A stretch of DNA of 64,000 nt from an uncultured Bacillota bacterium (lineage in GTDB: Bacteria; Bacillota; Clostridia; Christensenellales; UBA1242). A program made the translations under genes and the position numbers. Below are positions 45,246-54,469 of this stretch, piece by piece. The number at the start of each line of letters is the position of its first letter. Position 1 is the stretch's first letter. Location of the stretch: NCBI GenBank assembly GCA_900551705.1, contig URWY01000002.1, forward strand, positions 18,053 to 82,052, written 5' to 3'. The notes under the pieces are model-generated. The model saw nothing but the letters and a program-made list of their open reading frames with translations. It ran no database searches and was not told where the DNA came from.

Positions 45246-45392
45246 GGAAATTGTCGGGCTTTTGGCTCGATTTTTTTATGCAAAAAAATGCAGCGCTTTT
45301 TCGCCCGCAATTTCCTTCTTACCGACCAAACGCGAAATTGCTTAACCAATTTCGGTCGGTACTCTCATGCGAAGAAATTGCTACGAAGATAT
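45246..45392 (+). repeat. Copy B of the ~148-nt structured element
   Basis: Aligns along its whole length with 43810-43957, apart from a few substitutions and small indels in loops. Confidence 0.85.
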
Positions 45393-45398
45393 TAAAAA

Positions 45399-45632
45399 TT
45401 AATCGTCTATATTTTTAAAGATTGGATCTGAGAAGAATTCTTCTAATGTAATCTCCAATGTGCAACATATTTGATAAACCGTATCTGTGCTAACTCTATT
45501 TTTCTTATTATTTATTACATCACAAATCGTTGAACGAGGAATTCCGCCTCTTTTGTATAATTCATATTGCGAAAATCCCCTTTCTGCTAATAAATTTTTA
45601 ACTTTTATTCCTATTGCTTCTGATAATTTCAT
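45399..45632 (-). CDS. XRE-family HTH transcriptional regulator
   Basis: FSQYELYKRGGIPRSTICDVINNKKNRVSTDTVYQICCTLEITLEEFF; AGGAG RBS. Confidence 0.8.
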   Translation of the reverse strand: MKLSEAIGIKVKNLLAERGFSQYELYKRGGIPRSTICDVINNKKNRVSTDTVYQICCTLEITLEEFFSDPIFKNIDD

Positions 45633-45771
45633 TTTATAACTCCTATAACGCTCGCTATTTAGAATTATAAAATTTGTACAAAAATATTCAGTCCGCTAGT
45701 CAGAACGCTTTGTATTTTTTTAATTATAGGTTAAAATACCATAGTCCGCTATGCGGAATTATGGTAGAATT

Positions 45772-46251
45772 ATGGATATAAAAACAACATTTATAGGTCA
45801 CCGCAATGTTTGCACGGATATTGTTCGTGATAATTTAAAAAAAGTAATTGAAGACGAAATAAAAAATGGTTGCGTGCACTTTATTGTTGGTTCGCATGGT
45901 AATTTTGATAGAATGGTATTGAGTGTATGCAAAGAATTAAAAAATAAATACCAAAATCTTATAATTGAAGTTGTTATAACAAGTTTAAATTCAATCAAAA
46001 AACATATTGAATATGATATGTTCGGTAAAATTGTATACGAACCTTATGAAAATATAAATACGATTATGTATGAAATTGAACAAGAATATTTTAAAAAACA
46101 AATAATAGTTAGCAACAAAAAAATGATTGAAGAATGTGATTTGCTAATTTGTTATGTTGACACATCACGCGTTAGAAGTGGCGCAAAAATTGCATATAAT
46201 TATGCTAAAAAATTAGGAAAACGTATCATTAACTTATATACAACAAAATAA
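45772..46251 (+). CDS. DUF1273/YpsA-like SLOG-domain protein (paralog 2)
   Basis: MDIKTTFIGHRN..HFIVGSHGNFD..NKKMIEECDLLICYV..SGAKIAYNYAKKLGKRII is collinear with 12337-12777. The start could instead be 45751. Confidence 0.65.
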   Translation: MDIKTTFIGHRNVCTDIVRDNLKKVIEDEIKNGCVHFIVGSHGNFDRMVLSVCKELKNKYQNLIIEVVITSLNSIKKHIEYDMFGKIVYEPYENINTIMYEIEQEYFKKQIIVSNKKMIEECDLLICYVDTSRVRSGAKIAYNYAKKLGKRIINLYTTK

Positions 46252-46277
46252 CCCCTTTAACTAAGGGGCTATTTTTT
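46252..46277 (+). terminator. Terminator after the SLOG paralog 2 gene
   Basis: CCCCTT-TAACT-AAGGGG followed by a T-run. Confidence 0.65.
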
Positions 46278-46286
46278 ACTTAATAA

Positions 46287-46949
46287 TTAAGTGTTTGGAT
46301 TTGCTGCAACTGCGGTTGGGAACAATGGCAAGTCTGCAATTCCTGGACAAACTGTTGTTTGTGTTTGTTGACATGGTGGGATTACTGGGTATCCGTATGA
46401 TGGCACAAGCATATCAACTGTTGCAACAACTTTTAAGATAACTTGAATACAACCTGTCATTGTTGCTGTGTTACCTTCTGTATTGATTGAACCAATCGTT
46501 GATGAGAATGCACCAAATGCGGTTATTTCAATAGGTGTAACTGAAGGTTGTGGCACAAACAATACAACATTTCTTGTTTCCGTTACAACTCCGTCTGCTG
46601 TTCCGAGAACACCATTTGCATCACGATAAGATACAACTACCGGAATATTCACAGTTGCTGAAACATTGGCAAAGTTTGGTCTATTGTCAATTCTATCAAT
46701 GACGACATCAGTAACTGTTGCTGGATTTGTTGGGTCAGAAGACGCTGAAATGAATGTTAATGGATTTGTTGGTGCTGCTGGGTCAAAATTTGTAAGCGTT
46801 ACTGTAACGCCTGTGTTTGTTATAATTGACCTACACGCATCAAACACTTTTCTAACTTCTATAAGTGCTTTTTCACAAAGCCCAGATGTTGGATTTCCGC
46901 AAATTGGGCCGGGTCTGCATTGGTTATTATTATTGATATAAAAAGACAT
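46287..46949 (-). CDS. Cys-framed, Thr/Val/Pro/Asn-rich beta-type protein; candidate spore coat or appendage structural protein
   Basis: ATG 46949 lies 5 nt after AGGAGG. N-terminal CRPGPICGNPTSGLCEKALIEVRKVFDAC, a beta-rich body, and a C-terminal TGC..LVPSYGYPVIPPCQQTQTTVCPG. No signal peptide. Confidence 0.8.
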   Translation of the reverse strand: MSFYINNNNQCRPGPICGNPTSGLCEKALIEVRKVFDACRSIITNTGVTVTLTNFDPAAPTNPLTFISASSDPTNPATVTDVVIDRIDNRPNFANVSATVNIPVVVSYRDANGVLGTADGVVTETRNVVLFVPQPSVTPIEITAFGAFSSTIGSINTEGNTATMTGCIQVILKVVATVDMLVPSYGYPVIPPCQQTQTTVCPGIADLPLFPTAVAANPNT

Positions 46950-47017
46950 TTCCACCTCCTACACGAAAACTGCGATTTTTCTATCAATAATAAAATATGT
47001 AAGAGTGTGAAAATGTG

Positions 47018-47362
47018 TTACAAAACAATTATAGTTATTCCAGGATTTTGTTTACCCAAGTCTTCGTCAAGCGAAGCAAATTTACAATTCGTAAGAAATT
47101 CAAAGCAATCTGAATTTTGAATTGCCCATTCAGCACCAGTGAAAACATTTTTAATTTTCTTTTGATGTTTCAGTCTTGTGGCGTATTGTCTTAAATTGAT
47201 ACAAATTTTTCCGCCCTGTCCATGCGAGCCATAACCATGAATGATTTTAAAGCCCTTTACGCCTTGTGCTTTTGCTTTTTCAATTTCCATGTCTAAATAA
47301 ATACCTGCATCTTCTGCGGCAAAAACTATTTCCTTAAAGTTGACTGTGTAAAAATCATTCAT
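47018..47362 (-). CDS. Smr-domain-like protein
   Basis: GFKIIHGYGSHGQGG and the C-terminal NPGITIIVL resemble the Smr core. The N-terminal DLHG motif is not evident. Confidence 0.45.
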   Translation of the reverse strand: MNDFYTVNFKEIVFAAEDAGIYLDMEIEKAKAQGVKGFKIIHGYGSHGQGGKICINLRQYATRLKHQKKIKNVFTGAEWAIQNSDCFEFLTNCKFASLDEDLGKQNPGITIIVL

Positions 47363-47855
47363 TTACTTTTCTTTCCATTGACCATCTTATTGTATCAAAT
47401 TTATCGCATTTTGCAAGATTATATATTGTGATTGGCAAACATTTGATTTTTTTATTTGCCACTTCGGTTTTGTCGAACCAATGGTAAACTATGTGAGCTT
47501 TATCGCATGAGCCGAAATCTTGCTTGTGAGCAAGTTCGTCATCGTCTGTCAACTTGATGTGATACATAAAGTTGAGTTCGTGAGAGTTTATGTTGTCGTA
47601 AACAAAAAACATTTCATTTATTTGAAAGAGTTGTAACCTTTCAGGTTCAAATTTATAACCCAATTCTTCTTCAAGTTCTCTTATCAAGGCTTCTTTTGTG
47701 GTTTCGCCACATTTAACTCTTCCGCCAACCAAATTCCAAAAATTATCAACTTTGACATTTCTGTGCAAAAGCATTTTATCTTTATATTCAAAGAAACATG
47801 CCACGCGGAAATTAAATTTGGTATCTCCTAACATTATGCTGATATCTTCTTTCAT
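47355..47855 (-). CDS. NUDIX hydrolase
   Basis: Nudix box GGRVKCGETTKEALIRELEEELG. Confidence 0.85.
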   Translation of the reverse strand: MKEDISIMLGDTKFNFRVACFFEYKDKMLLHRNVKVDNFWNLVGGRVKCGETTKEALIRELEEELGYKFEPERLQLFQINEMFFVYDNINSHELNFMYHIKLTDDDELAHKQDFGSCDKAHIVYHWFDKTEVANKKIKCLPITIYNLAKCDKFDTIRWSMERKVNE

Positions 47856-47875
47856 TTTTCCTCCTGATATATATC

Positions 47876-47900
47876 AAAAAATGCTTGACCTGCAAGCATT
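47876..47900 (-). terminator. Terminator after efp
   Basis: AATGCTTG (47880-47887) pairs with CAAGCATT (47893-47900). The T-run on the minus strand corresponds to 47876-47880. Confidence 0.65.
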
Positions 47901-47908
47901 TGTTTGAA

Positions 47909-48469
47909 CTATTTAATTCTTTCCATGTATGTTCCAGTTCTTGTATCAACTCTGATTTTTTCGCCGCTGTTTACAAACAATGGAACATTGATTACATAAC
48001 CTGTTTCAAGTGTTGCTGGTTTATAACCTGCTTTTGATGTGTCGCCTTGAATCCATGGTTCTGTGTCTGTGATTGTCAATTCAACAAAGTTTGGTGCTTC
48101 AACTGAGAATGCTGAACCTTTATAGAATTGAATATTTGCCATCATGTTTTCTGTTATGAAATTGAGAGCGTCTTCAACTTGGCTTTTATTAAGTGGAATT
48201 TGGTCGAATGTTTCCATATCCATGAAGTAGTAAATATCGCCTTCGTTGTAAAGATATTGCATTTCTTTTCTTTCAATAACTGCAACTTGGAATTTATCTG
48301 ATGGGTTGAAAGTTCTTTCTTGAACTTGTCCAGTTACGATATTTTTAATTTTTGCTCTTACGAATGGTGAACCTTTACCTGGTTTAACATGCATAAAGTC
48401 TGTTACTAAATAAATGTTGCCTTCCATTTCAAAAGTTGTGCCTTTCCTAAAATCACCTGCTGTTACCAT
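47909..48469 (-). CDS. efp: Elongation factor P
   Basis: [38 protein letters not shown]. Confidence 0.95.
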   Translation of the reverse strand: MVTAGDFRKGTTFEMEGNIYLVTDFMHVKPGKGSPFVRAKIKNIVTGQVQERTFNPSDKFQVAVIERKEMQYLYNEGDIYYFMDMETFDQIPLNKSQVEDALNFITENMMANIQFYKGSAFSVEAPNFVELTITDTEPWIQGDTSKAGYKPATLETGYVINVPLFVNSGEKIRVDTRTGTYMERIK

Positions 48470-48540
48470 AAAATCTCCTAAAATTAATAAATTTGCTTTA
48501 AAAATATATCATATTAAACATGATTTGTAAAGTATTTTTT

Positions 48541-49395
48541 CTAAATATTATTATATATATTTTGATATATGAGGGAATCTTGCGACATGTGACCAGCCGA
48601 TTCGCAAATAACTGTTGGCGTCAATTTTAAATCTTTAATAGCCTTTGCACATGGTGCAAATTCTGGTCCATAACCTTCGTCTGTATAATTTAAGTGTTTA
48701 ATTTCACCTTTATTGCCATACATAATTCTTGAAAAATGAATGTGGCAATTTTTCACTCTGTCATAGCCGAGTTTTTCAATCGCATAATTGAACACTTCCA
48801 TATAATCTTCATAATTGCCAAAAGTCCCTTGATTTAATGAATAAATATGGCCAAAATCAAAGGTTGGAACTAATATTTTATCTTTCGTGCAAAAATCAAT
48901 AATTTCTTTCCAAGTTCCAATTTGCGCCTGTTTACCCATTGTTTCAGGACAAATAAACATATCTTGATAACCCGCTTCGTAGATTTTTTTGATTAAAATA
49001 TCCAAGCGTTTAGAAATCAAACCAACTGCAACGCTTCGCTCTTGCTTCGTTTCCGTTCCCGCATGAAAAACCAAATGTTTTCCGCCCATGGCACGCAAAA
49101 GTTTTAGACCTGTTAAAATATATTGATATGATTTTTCTGCCATTTCGTCATCTGGATTTGCAAAATTGATATAATAAGGCGCGTGAATACTAAGCAAAAT
49201 GCCATTTTCTTTTGCGTTTTTGCCAAGTTTTTCAGCAGTTTGTGATGACATTCTATAACCACGACCGAACGAATATTCGTAAGCAGTCAATCCTTGACGC
49301 GCAAGCCAAGCTGGTGCGTCACAACTATCTTTTAAACCTTGCTCATAAAAACTGTCGTCATTGCCTGATGGCCCAAATCTTACTTTTTCTTCCAT
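48541..49395 (-). CDS. TIM-barrel AP endonuclease family 2 protein (endonuclease IV-like)
   Basis: LSIHAPYYINFANPDDEMAEKS..GGKHLVFHAGT parallels the Nfo HxxYLINL..FHPGS layout. Confidence 0.6.
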   Translation of the reverse strand: MEEKVRFGPSGNDDSFYEQGLKDSCDAPAWLARQGLTAYEYSFGRGYRMSSQTAEKLGKNAKENGILLSIHAPYYINFANPDDEMAEKSYQYILTGLKLLRAMGGKHLVFHAGTETKQERSVAVGLISKRLDILIKKIYEAGYQDMFICPETMGKQAQIGTWKEIIDFCTKDKILVPTFDFGHIYSLNQGTFGNYEDYMEVFNYAIEKLGYDRVKNCHIHFSRIMYGNKGEIKHLNYTDEGYGPEFAPCAKAIKDLKLTPTVICESAGHMSQDSLIYQNIYNNI

Positions 49396-50346
49396 TTAAT
49401 CCTCTTTCAAAAACACTTCTATTTTAAGTTTGCCATTTTTACCACTTGCCAGCCCCAAAAACTCACCATTTGAATATAATTTTTTCAAATTCTCAAATGG
49501 CTCGGTTTTTACAAGTTGCCCACAAATAAGTTTATTTCCTTCCTCGCTTGTGATTTCAATTTTTTCTAAGTTTACAACTTCATCAGTTTTTAAAACTTTA
49601 AATGATTGATTTTCAATTTGCTCAAAAGTATAGCAATTATTAATATCAAAATTGCCACATTTTGTTCTTGTCAAACTTGCCATTGTGCCAAAAGTGTTGA
49701 GTTTATAAGCGATATCTCGAACGATACTTCGAATGTATGTTCCAGCGCCACAAGTGATTTCAAATTCAAACAAATTTTTATGAAAATCATTTTTTATTTC
49801 ATCAATATTGTCATTCAAATTCACATCTTTATTTACTGATACAAAAAAGTTAAAAAGTTCTTCAATTTTAGTTAAATCATTAATTTTTTTGAATTTTATA
49901 TCAAAAATTTCAATTTTTCTAGGTTGCAAAGTCACTTTTTCGCCACTTCTAGCAATGTCATACGCTTTTTTACCATTGACTTTTAATGCTGAAAATTGTG
50001 GTGGCAACTGCTCTACCACGCCTATAAAATTTTGCAAAATTTGATTAATATCTAACTCAGAAATTTCTGATTTTTTCAAATTAACAACTTTGCCTTCGCT
50101 ATCCAAAGTGTCAGTTTCAAAACCAAAAACAAATACTGCTTTATATGTTTTTTGTTTGGTCAAAAAGAAATCAAACAAGCGAGTTGCTTTACCAAATGTA
50201 ACAGGTAAAACGCCGCTTGCGAGTGGGTCAAGCGTGCCCAAATGACCTGCTTTTTTTGCGCCAATTAAATATTTAACTTTATTGACTGCTGAATTCGAAG
50301 AAATCTTAACCGGCTTATTTAAAAGTATAACGCCACTATTTTGCAT
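49396..50346 (-). CDS. truB: tRNA pseudouridine(55) synthase TruB
   Basis: Start moved to MQNSGVILLNKP. Catalytic motif AGHLGTLDPLASGVLPV. Confidence 0.9.
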   Translation of the reverse strand: MQNSGVILLNKPVKISSNSAVNKVKYLIGAKKAGHLGTLDPLASGVLPVTFGKATRLFDFFLTKQKTYKAVFVFGFETDTLDSEGKVVNLKKSEISELDINQILQNFIGVVEQLPPQFSALKVNGKKAYDIARSGEKVTLQPRKIEIFDIKFKKINDLTKIEELFNFFVSVNKDVNLNDNIDEIKNDFHKNLFEFEITCGAGTYIRSIVRDIAYKLNTFGTMASLTRTKCGNFDINNCYTFEQIENQSFKVLKTDEVVNLEKIEITSEEGNKLICGQLVKTEPFENLKKLYSNGEFLGLASGKNGKLKIEVFLKED

Positions 50347-51316
50347 TTTCTTCCCCAACTTTTTTAATTTGCTCATTGCAATATGCAAAAACTTCTTTCT
50401 TTAATTTGCCGATTTTACCATTGACTGTGCAGCCAGCGGCATTAACATGACCGCCACCACCAAATTTTGAAGCCACATCATTTACATCATAATTTGCACA
50501 TGACCTGAAAGATACGCTCCACAAGTTTTTGCCTTTTTCTTTGAAAATTGCTGTGATTTTTGCTCCTGCGATATCAACAATAAGAGTTAAAAATTTAGAA
50601 ATATCGCTAAACATACAATGTAATTTCTTGCAATCGCGTTGCGTCACAACCAAATATGCAACTTCGCCATTAAGTTTCACATTTTTAGACATAAAACTTG
50701 CCACGCGCACTTGATTTAAAGTTTTTTTCTTTTGAGTTGCATACACAACTTTTTCAAAATCTGCTTTCAAAGTCATCAATTTACTTGTAACTTCAAAAGT
50801 TTCATTCGTAACATCACTATTTGTAAAATTGTTGGTGTCCGAAATTATTGCAGCGAGCATAGCAGATGCCATATCTGGTGTTATTTCAAAATCGCATTTT
50901 TCCAAAAAGTTAAACAAAACTTGTCCACAAGCAGGCGCATGTGGCTCAATATAACAAAGTTTTGCATATTTGCTATTTGAAACATGATGATCAATTAATA
51001 ATGTGTTAGGAAAGCTTTCAAAAACTTCTCCATATTTTCCAAGTTTGAAAGTTGTTGCCGTATCCAAAGAAATTAACAAGTCAAACTCTGAAATTTCAAG
51101 TTCTGATGTGTTAATTTTGTCGCTATATGGTATAAAAGTTAAATAATGAGGAATTTCACTATCCACAAACGCTTTAACATTTTTACCAAGTTTTTCAAGC
51201 AACATTGCCATCGAACAAAGCGAGCCAACGCAATCGCCGTCAACACTTGCATGCCCAAAAACGGCAACATTTGTTGCTGACAAAATTTTATCTTTCATTT
51301 GACCAATTAAGTCCAT
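50336..51316 (-). CDS. nrnA: DHH-family oligoribonuclease / pAp phosphatase NrnA
   Basis: GHASVDGDCVGS, LLIDHHVSN and GGGGHVNAAG. Confidence 0.85.
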   Translation of the reverse strand: MDLIGQMKDKILSATNVAVFGHASVDGDCVGSLCSMAMLLEKLGKNVKAFVDSEIPHYLTFIPYSDKINTSELEISEFDLLISLDTATTFKLGKYGEVFESFPNTLLIDHHVSNSKYAKLCYIEPHAPACGQVLFNFLEKCDFEITPDMASAMLAAIISDTNNFTNSDVTNETFEVTSKLMTLKADFEKVVYATQKKKTLNQVRVASFMSKNVKLNGEVAYLVVTQRDCKKLHCMFSDISKFLTLIVDIAGAKITAIFKEKGKNLWSVSFRSCANYDVNDVASKFGGGGHVNAAGCTVNGKIGKLKKEVFAYCNEQIKKVGEENAK

Positions 51317-51359
51317 AAATTTCTCCTATTTTAAACAAAAATTAGATATAAATCTATAT

Positions 51360-51686
51360 CTAATTTCTGATTTTTCGCAAAAGTTCTTCAATTTTATTTG
51401 CATTTGCTTCGGTATTATCCGCAACAAAATTTAATTCTGGTGTGTTTTTCATAATCAACTTTTTTGCAAGTTCGCGTCTGATAAAACCTTTTGATGAGTT
51501 CAAAAGTTTTATAATTTCCTTTGAATTGTCGCACTCAACACCAACTTTTGCAGTTTTTAAATCTGGTGCAGTTTCAACATAAGTCAATGTGATTATGTTT
51601 CCAGAAATACGCTTGTCATTCATGTTTTGAATGATTTGTAAAAGCGCTTTCATAACTTCTGAATTAACTCTTTCCATTCTATACAT
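51360..51686 (-). CDS. rbfA: Ribosome-binding factor A
   Basis: RVNSEVMKALLQII..ITLTYVETAPDLKTAKV..LNSSKGFIRRELAKKL, positioned after infB. Confidence 0.9.
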   Translation of the reverse strand: MYRMERVNSEVMKALLQIIQNMNDKRISGNIITLTYVETAPDLKTAKVGVECDNSKEIIKLLNSSKGFIRRELAKKLIMKNTPELNFVADNTEANANKIEELLRKIRN

Positions 51687-51697
51687 ATTTGTGCCCC

Positions 51698-54214
51698 CTA
51701 CTTCTTAATCGGCTCATTAACATAAAATTCAAGAGTGTCACCTTCTTTAACAAGATTGCCTTCTTCAAGTCTAATTCCACATTCAAAACCTTTTGCAACT
51801 TCCGCTTTGTCGTCTTTAACAATTTTTAAACTTTCAACAGGTGTTTCAACAACAAGTTCGCCATTTCTAAACACTCTTGCAATGCTGTTTCTTGTTGCTT
51901 TACCATCAGTGATATATGAACCAACAACAAAACCAACGCTAGAAAGTTTGAACATCGCTCTAACTTCGGCATGGCCAATAACAACTTGTTCATATTTGAT
52001 TGTTTGCATGCCGTTAATTGCTGCTGTTACATCGTCAACAACATCGTAAATGACTGAATATGACTTGATTTCAACATTTTGCGTTTTTGCAAGCATTTCT
52101 GCTTTTGGTCCAACTTTAACATTGAAAGCAATAATAACTGCATCAGATGCCTTAGCAAGAAGAACATCGGATTCTGTTACAAATCCAGCAGCACTATGAA
52201 TACAAACAACTCTAACTTCATCATTTTCAATTGTTGTAAGTGTTTGTTTTAATGCTTCAACTGAGCCTTGGACATCGGCTTTGATAATGATATTAAGTGA
52301 TTTCAACTTGCCTTCGTTGACTTTGCTCATGAAATCGTCAAGAGAAACGCCAGATGTTGTGTTTGCTCTATCTTCTTTAATCTTATTCTTTCTTTCTTCA
52401 ATAACTTGTTTTGACAATTTTTCATCAACTGCAACAACAATATCGCCCGCATTTGGAACATCTTGGAAGCCCAAAACTGAAACCGCTTCTGATGGTCCAG
52501 CAGATTTGACTTGTTTGCCGTTATCGTCAAACATTGCTCTTACTTTACCATAAGTTAAACCACAAACGATATTGTCGCCAACTTTGAGTGTTCCGTTTTG
52601 AACGAGAACTGATGCAACAGGGCCTCTGTTTTTATCAAGTTCGGCTTCAATAATAACGCCGTTTGCCATTCTATTTGGATTTGCTTTTAATTCTTGAACA
52701 TCTGCAACAAGTATGATTGTTTCTAAAAGTTTGTCAATTCCCATACCTTGTTTTGCTGAAATTGGAACTAAAATTGTATCGCCGCCCCATTCTTCTGGAA
52801 GCACATTGTGTTCTGCAAGTTGTTGTTTAACTCTTTCAGGATTTGCACCTGGCTTGTCCATTTTGTTAATTGCAACAATCATTGGAACGCCTGCCGCTTT
52901 GATATGGTCAATAGCCTCTATTGTTTGTGGCATTATACCATCATCAGCGGCGACAACAAGCACTGCAACATCTGTTACTTGTGCACCACGCGCTCTCATT
53001 GATGTGAAGGCTGCGTGTCCTGGTGTATCAATAAATGTGATTTTTCTGCCTGCGGCTGCGATTGTGTATGCACCAATTCTTTGTGTGATCCCGCCTGCTT
53101 CGCCAGAAACGACATTTGTTTTTCTAATTGCATCAAGAAGTGAAGTTTTACCATGGTCAACATGCCCCATAACTGTGACAACTGGTGGTCTAACAATCAA
53201 TTCTTCATCTTTATCTTCAACTGTTAAATCTTTTAATTGTTCTTCAAATGTTTTATCAAGTTTAAGTTCAAGTGTTACTCCCATATCAGAAAGAGCAAGT
53301 TCTGCTGTTTCAAAATCAACAACGCTATTAATTGTTGCCATAACGCCAAGCATCATCAATTTTTTGATAATCTCAGTTGCTGGTTTTCCTGTTTTTTCAG
53401 AAAGCGTTTTAACTGTAACAGTTTCAGAATTGATAACTGCATGATCAATAACTGGTGCAACAAATGTTGGTTTTTCTTTCTTTGTTTTTATGAGTTTTCT
53501 TGAACCCATTGTTGTTTCTTCAAAGTCATCTCCATCGTTGACATAAACAACTTTATTACTTAAATTGCGTTTATTTGGAATTTGTTGTTTCTTTTCTTCC
53601 AAGTTTTGTCTGTTTGGAGATTTATTTTTATTACCAAAAGTTCTTGTTTGCTCTGGCATAACAATAGGTTCTGCTGTGAATGACTTAAAATTATTGCCTT
53701 TACTTGCTGCGAATGAACCTTTTGGACCGTTAAATTGTCTATTTCCATAAGGCTTTTGGTCATTTCTTTGATTAAAGTTAGGCTTTTGACCTTGATTATT
53801 CCTATTTTGGTAATTTGGATTTTTATTAAAGTTACCATCTTTATTAAATGGTCTTTGTTCTCTATTGAAAGGCCTATTTTGAGAATTATCTCTCATTGGT
53901 CTGCGGTCTTGCCTATCAGTTTGCCTATCAAAAGTTTTGTTGAACTCTTGTTTTTTGTTATAAGAGATTTCTTCCTTTAAAGGAGTAATTTCTGGCTCTT
54001 TTTCAACTACTTCAACAACTTTTTCAACAACAACTTCGGCGGCTTTTTTCTTTTCTTCCAAATTTTTCTTTGCCACCGCCATATCTGTTTGAAGTTGGTC
54101 AAGTTGAACTTTTGAACTTCTAATATTTCTCAAAAGTGATTGGATAGAACCACCAACTTGAAGTTCGTGTATTGCTCTTAAATTTACAAATCCTTGATTT
54201 TTACTTTCTGCCAT
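51698..54214 (-). CDS. infB: Translation initiation factor IF-2
   Basis: G domain [30 protein letters not shown]. Low-complexity N/Q/R-rich N-terminal region. Confidence 0.95.
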   Translation of the reverse strand: MAESKNQGFVNLRAIHELQVGGSIQSLLRNIRSSKVQLDQLQTDMAVAKKNLEEKKKAAEVVVEKVVEVVEKEPEITPLKEEISYNKKQEFNKTFDRQTDRQDRRPMRDNSQNRPFNREQRPFNKDGNFNKNPNYQNRNNQGQKPNFNQRNDQKPYGNRQFNGPKGSFAASKGNNFKSFTAEPIVMPEQTRTFGNKNKSPNRQNLEEKKQQIPNKRNLSNKVVYVNDGDDFEETTMGSRKLIKTKKEKPTFVAPVIDHAVINSETVTVKTLSEKTGKPATEIIKKLMMLGVMATINSVVDFETAELALSDMGVTLELKLDKTFEEQLKDLTVEDKDEELIVRPPVVTVMGHVDHGKTSLLDAIRKTNVVSGEAGGITQRIGAYTIAAAGRKITFIDTPGHAAFTSMRARGAQVTDVAVLVVAADDGIMPQTIEAIDHIKAAGVPMIVAINKMDKPGANPERVKQQLAEHNVLPEEWGGDTILVPISAKQGMGIDKLLETIILVADVQELKANPNRMANGVIIEAELDKNRGPVASVLVQNGTLKVGDNIVCGLTYGKVRAMFDDNGKQVKSAGPSEAVSVLGFQDVPNAGDIVVAVDEKLSKQVIEERKNKIKEDRANTTSGVSLDDFMSKVNEGKLKSLNIIIKADVQGSVEALKQTLTTIENDEVRVVCIHSAAGFVTESDVLLAKASDAVIIAFNVKVGPKAEMLAKTQNVEIKSYSVIYDVVDDVTAAINGMQTIKYEQVVIGHAEVRAMFKLSSVGFVVGSYITDGKATRNSIARVFRNGELVVETPVESLKIVKDDKAEVAKGFECGIRLEEGNLVKEGDTLEFYVNEPIKK

Positions 54215-54468
54215 TAAATCTCCTTTAAATTTTCCTGAATACTTTCGTATATTTTATCTTCAACTGGCATTTTAAATGCCCTGCTTAAAGCCTTTGTTTT
54301 TTTAAGTTTTGACAAGCAATCTTCACACTTGCAAACATAAGCGCCGCGGCAATTTACTTTCTGTGATTTATCTATAACAATTTGATTATTTGATTTAATA
54401 AATCTAATCATTTCCGCTCTGTCTTTCATTTGTTTGCAAACTATGCACATTCTCAAAACTTGTTTCAT
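54214..54468 (-). CDS. ylxR: YlxR/RnpM-family RNA-binding protein (DUF448)
   Basis: RMCIVCKQMKDRAEMIRF..RGAYVC, positioned between nusA and infB. Confidence 0.85.
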   Translation of the reverse strand: MKQVLRMCIVCKQMKDRAEMIRFIKSNNQIVIDKSQKVNCRGAYVCKCEDCLSKLKKTKALSRAFKMPVEDKIYESIQENLKEI

Positions 54469-54469
54469 T

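Noticed and set aside
52713-53444. 243-aa plus-strand ORF, along with several other 60-105-aa ORFs, antisense to infB
   Set aside because: It lies entirely inside the well-supported infB gene on the opposite strand. Its composition is Ser/Thr/Ile-rich and low complexity, as is typical of shadow ORFs, and it has no RBS.
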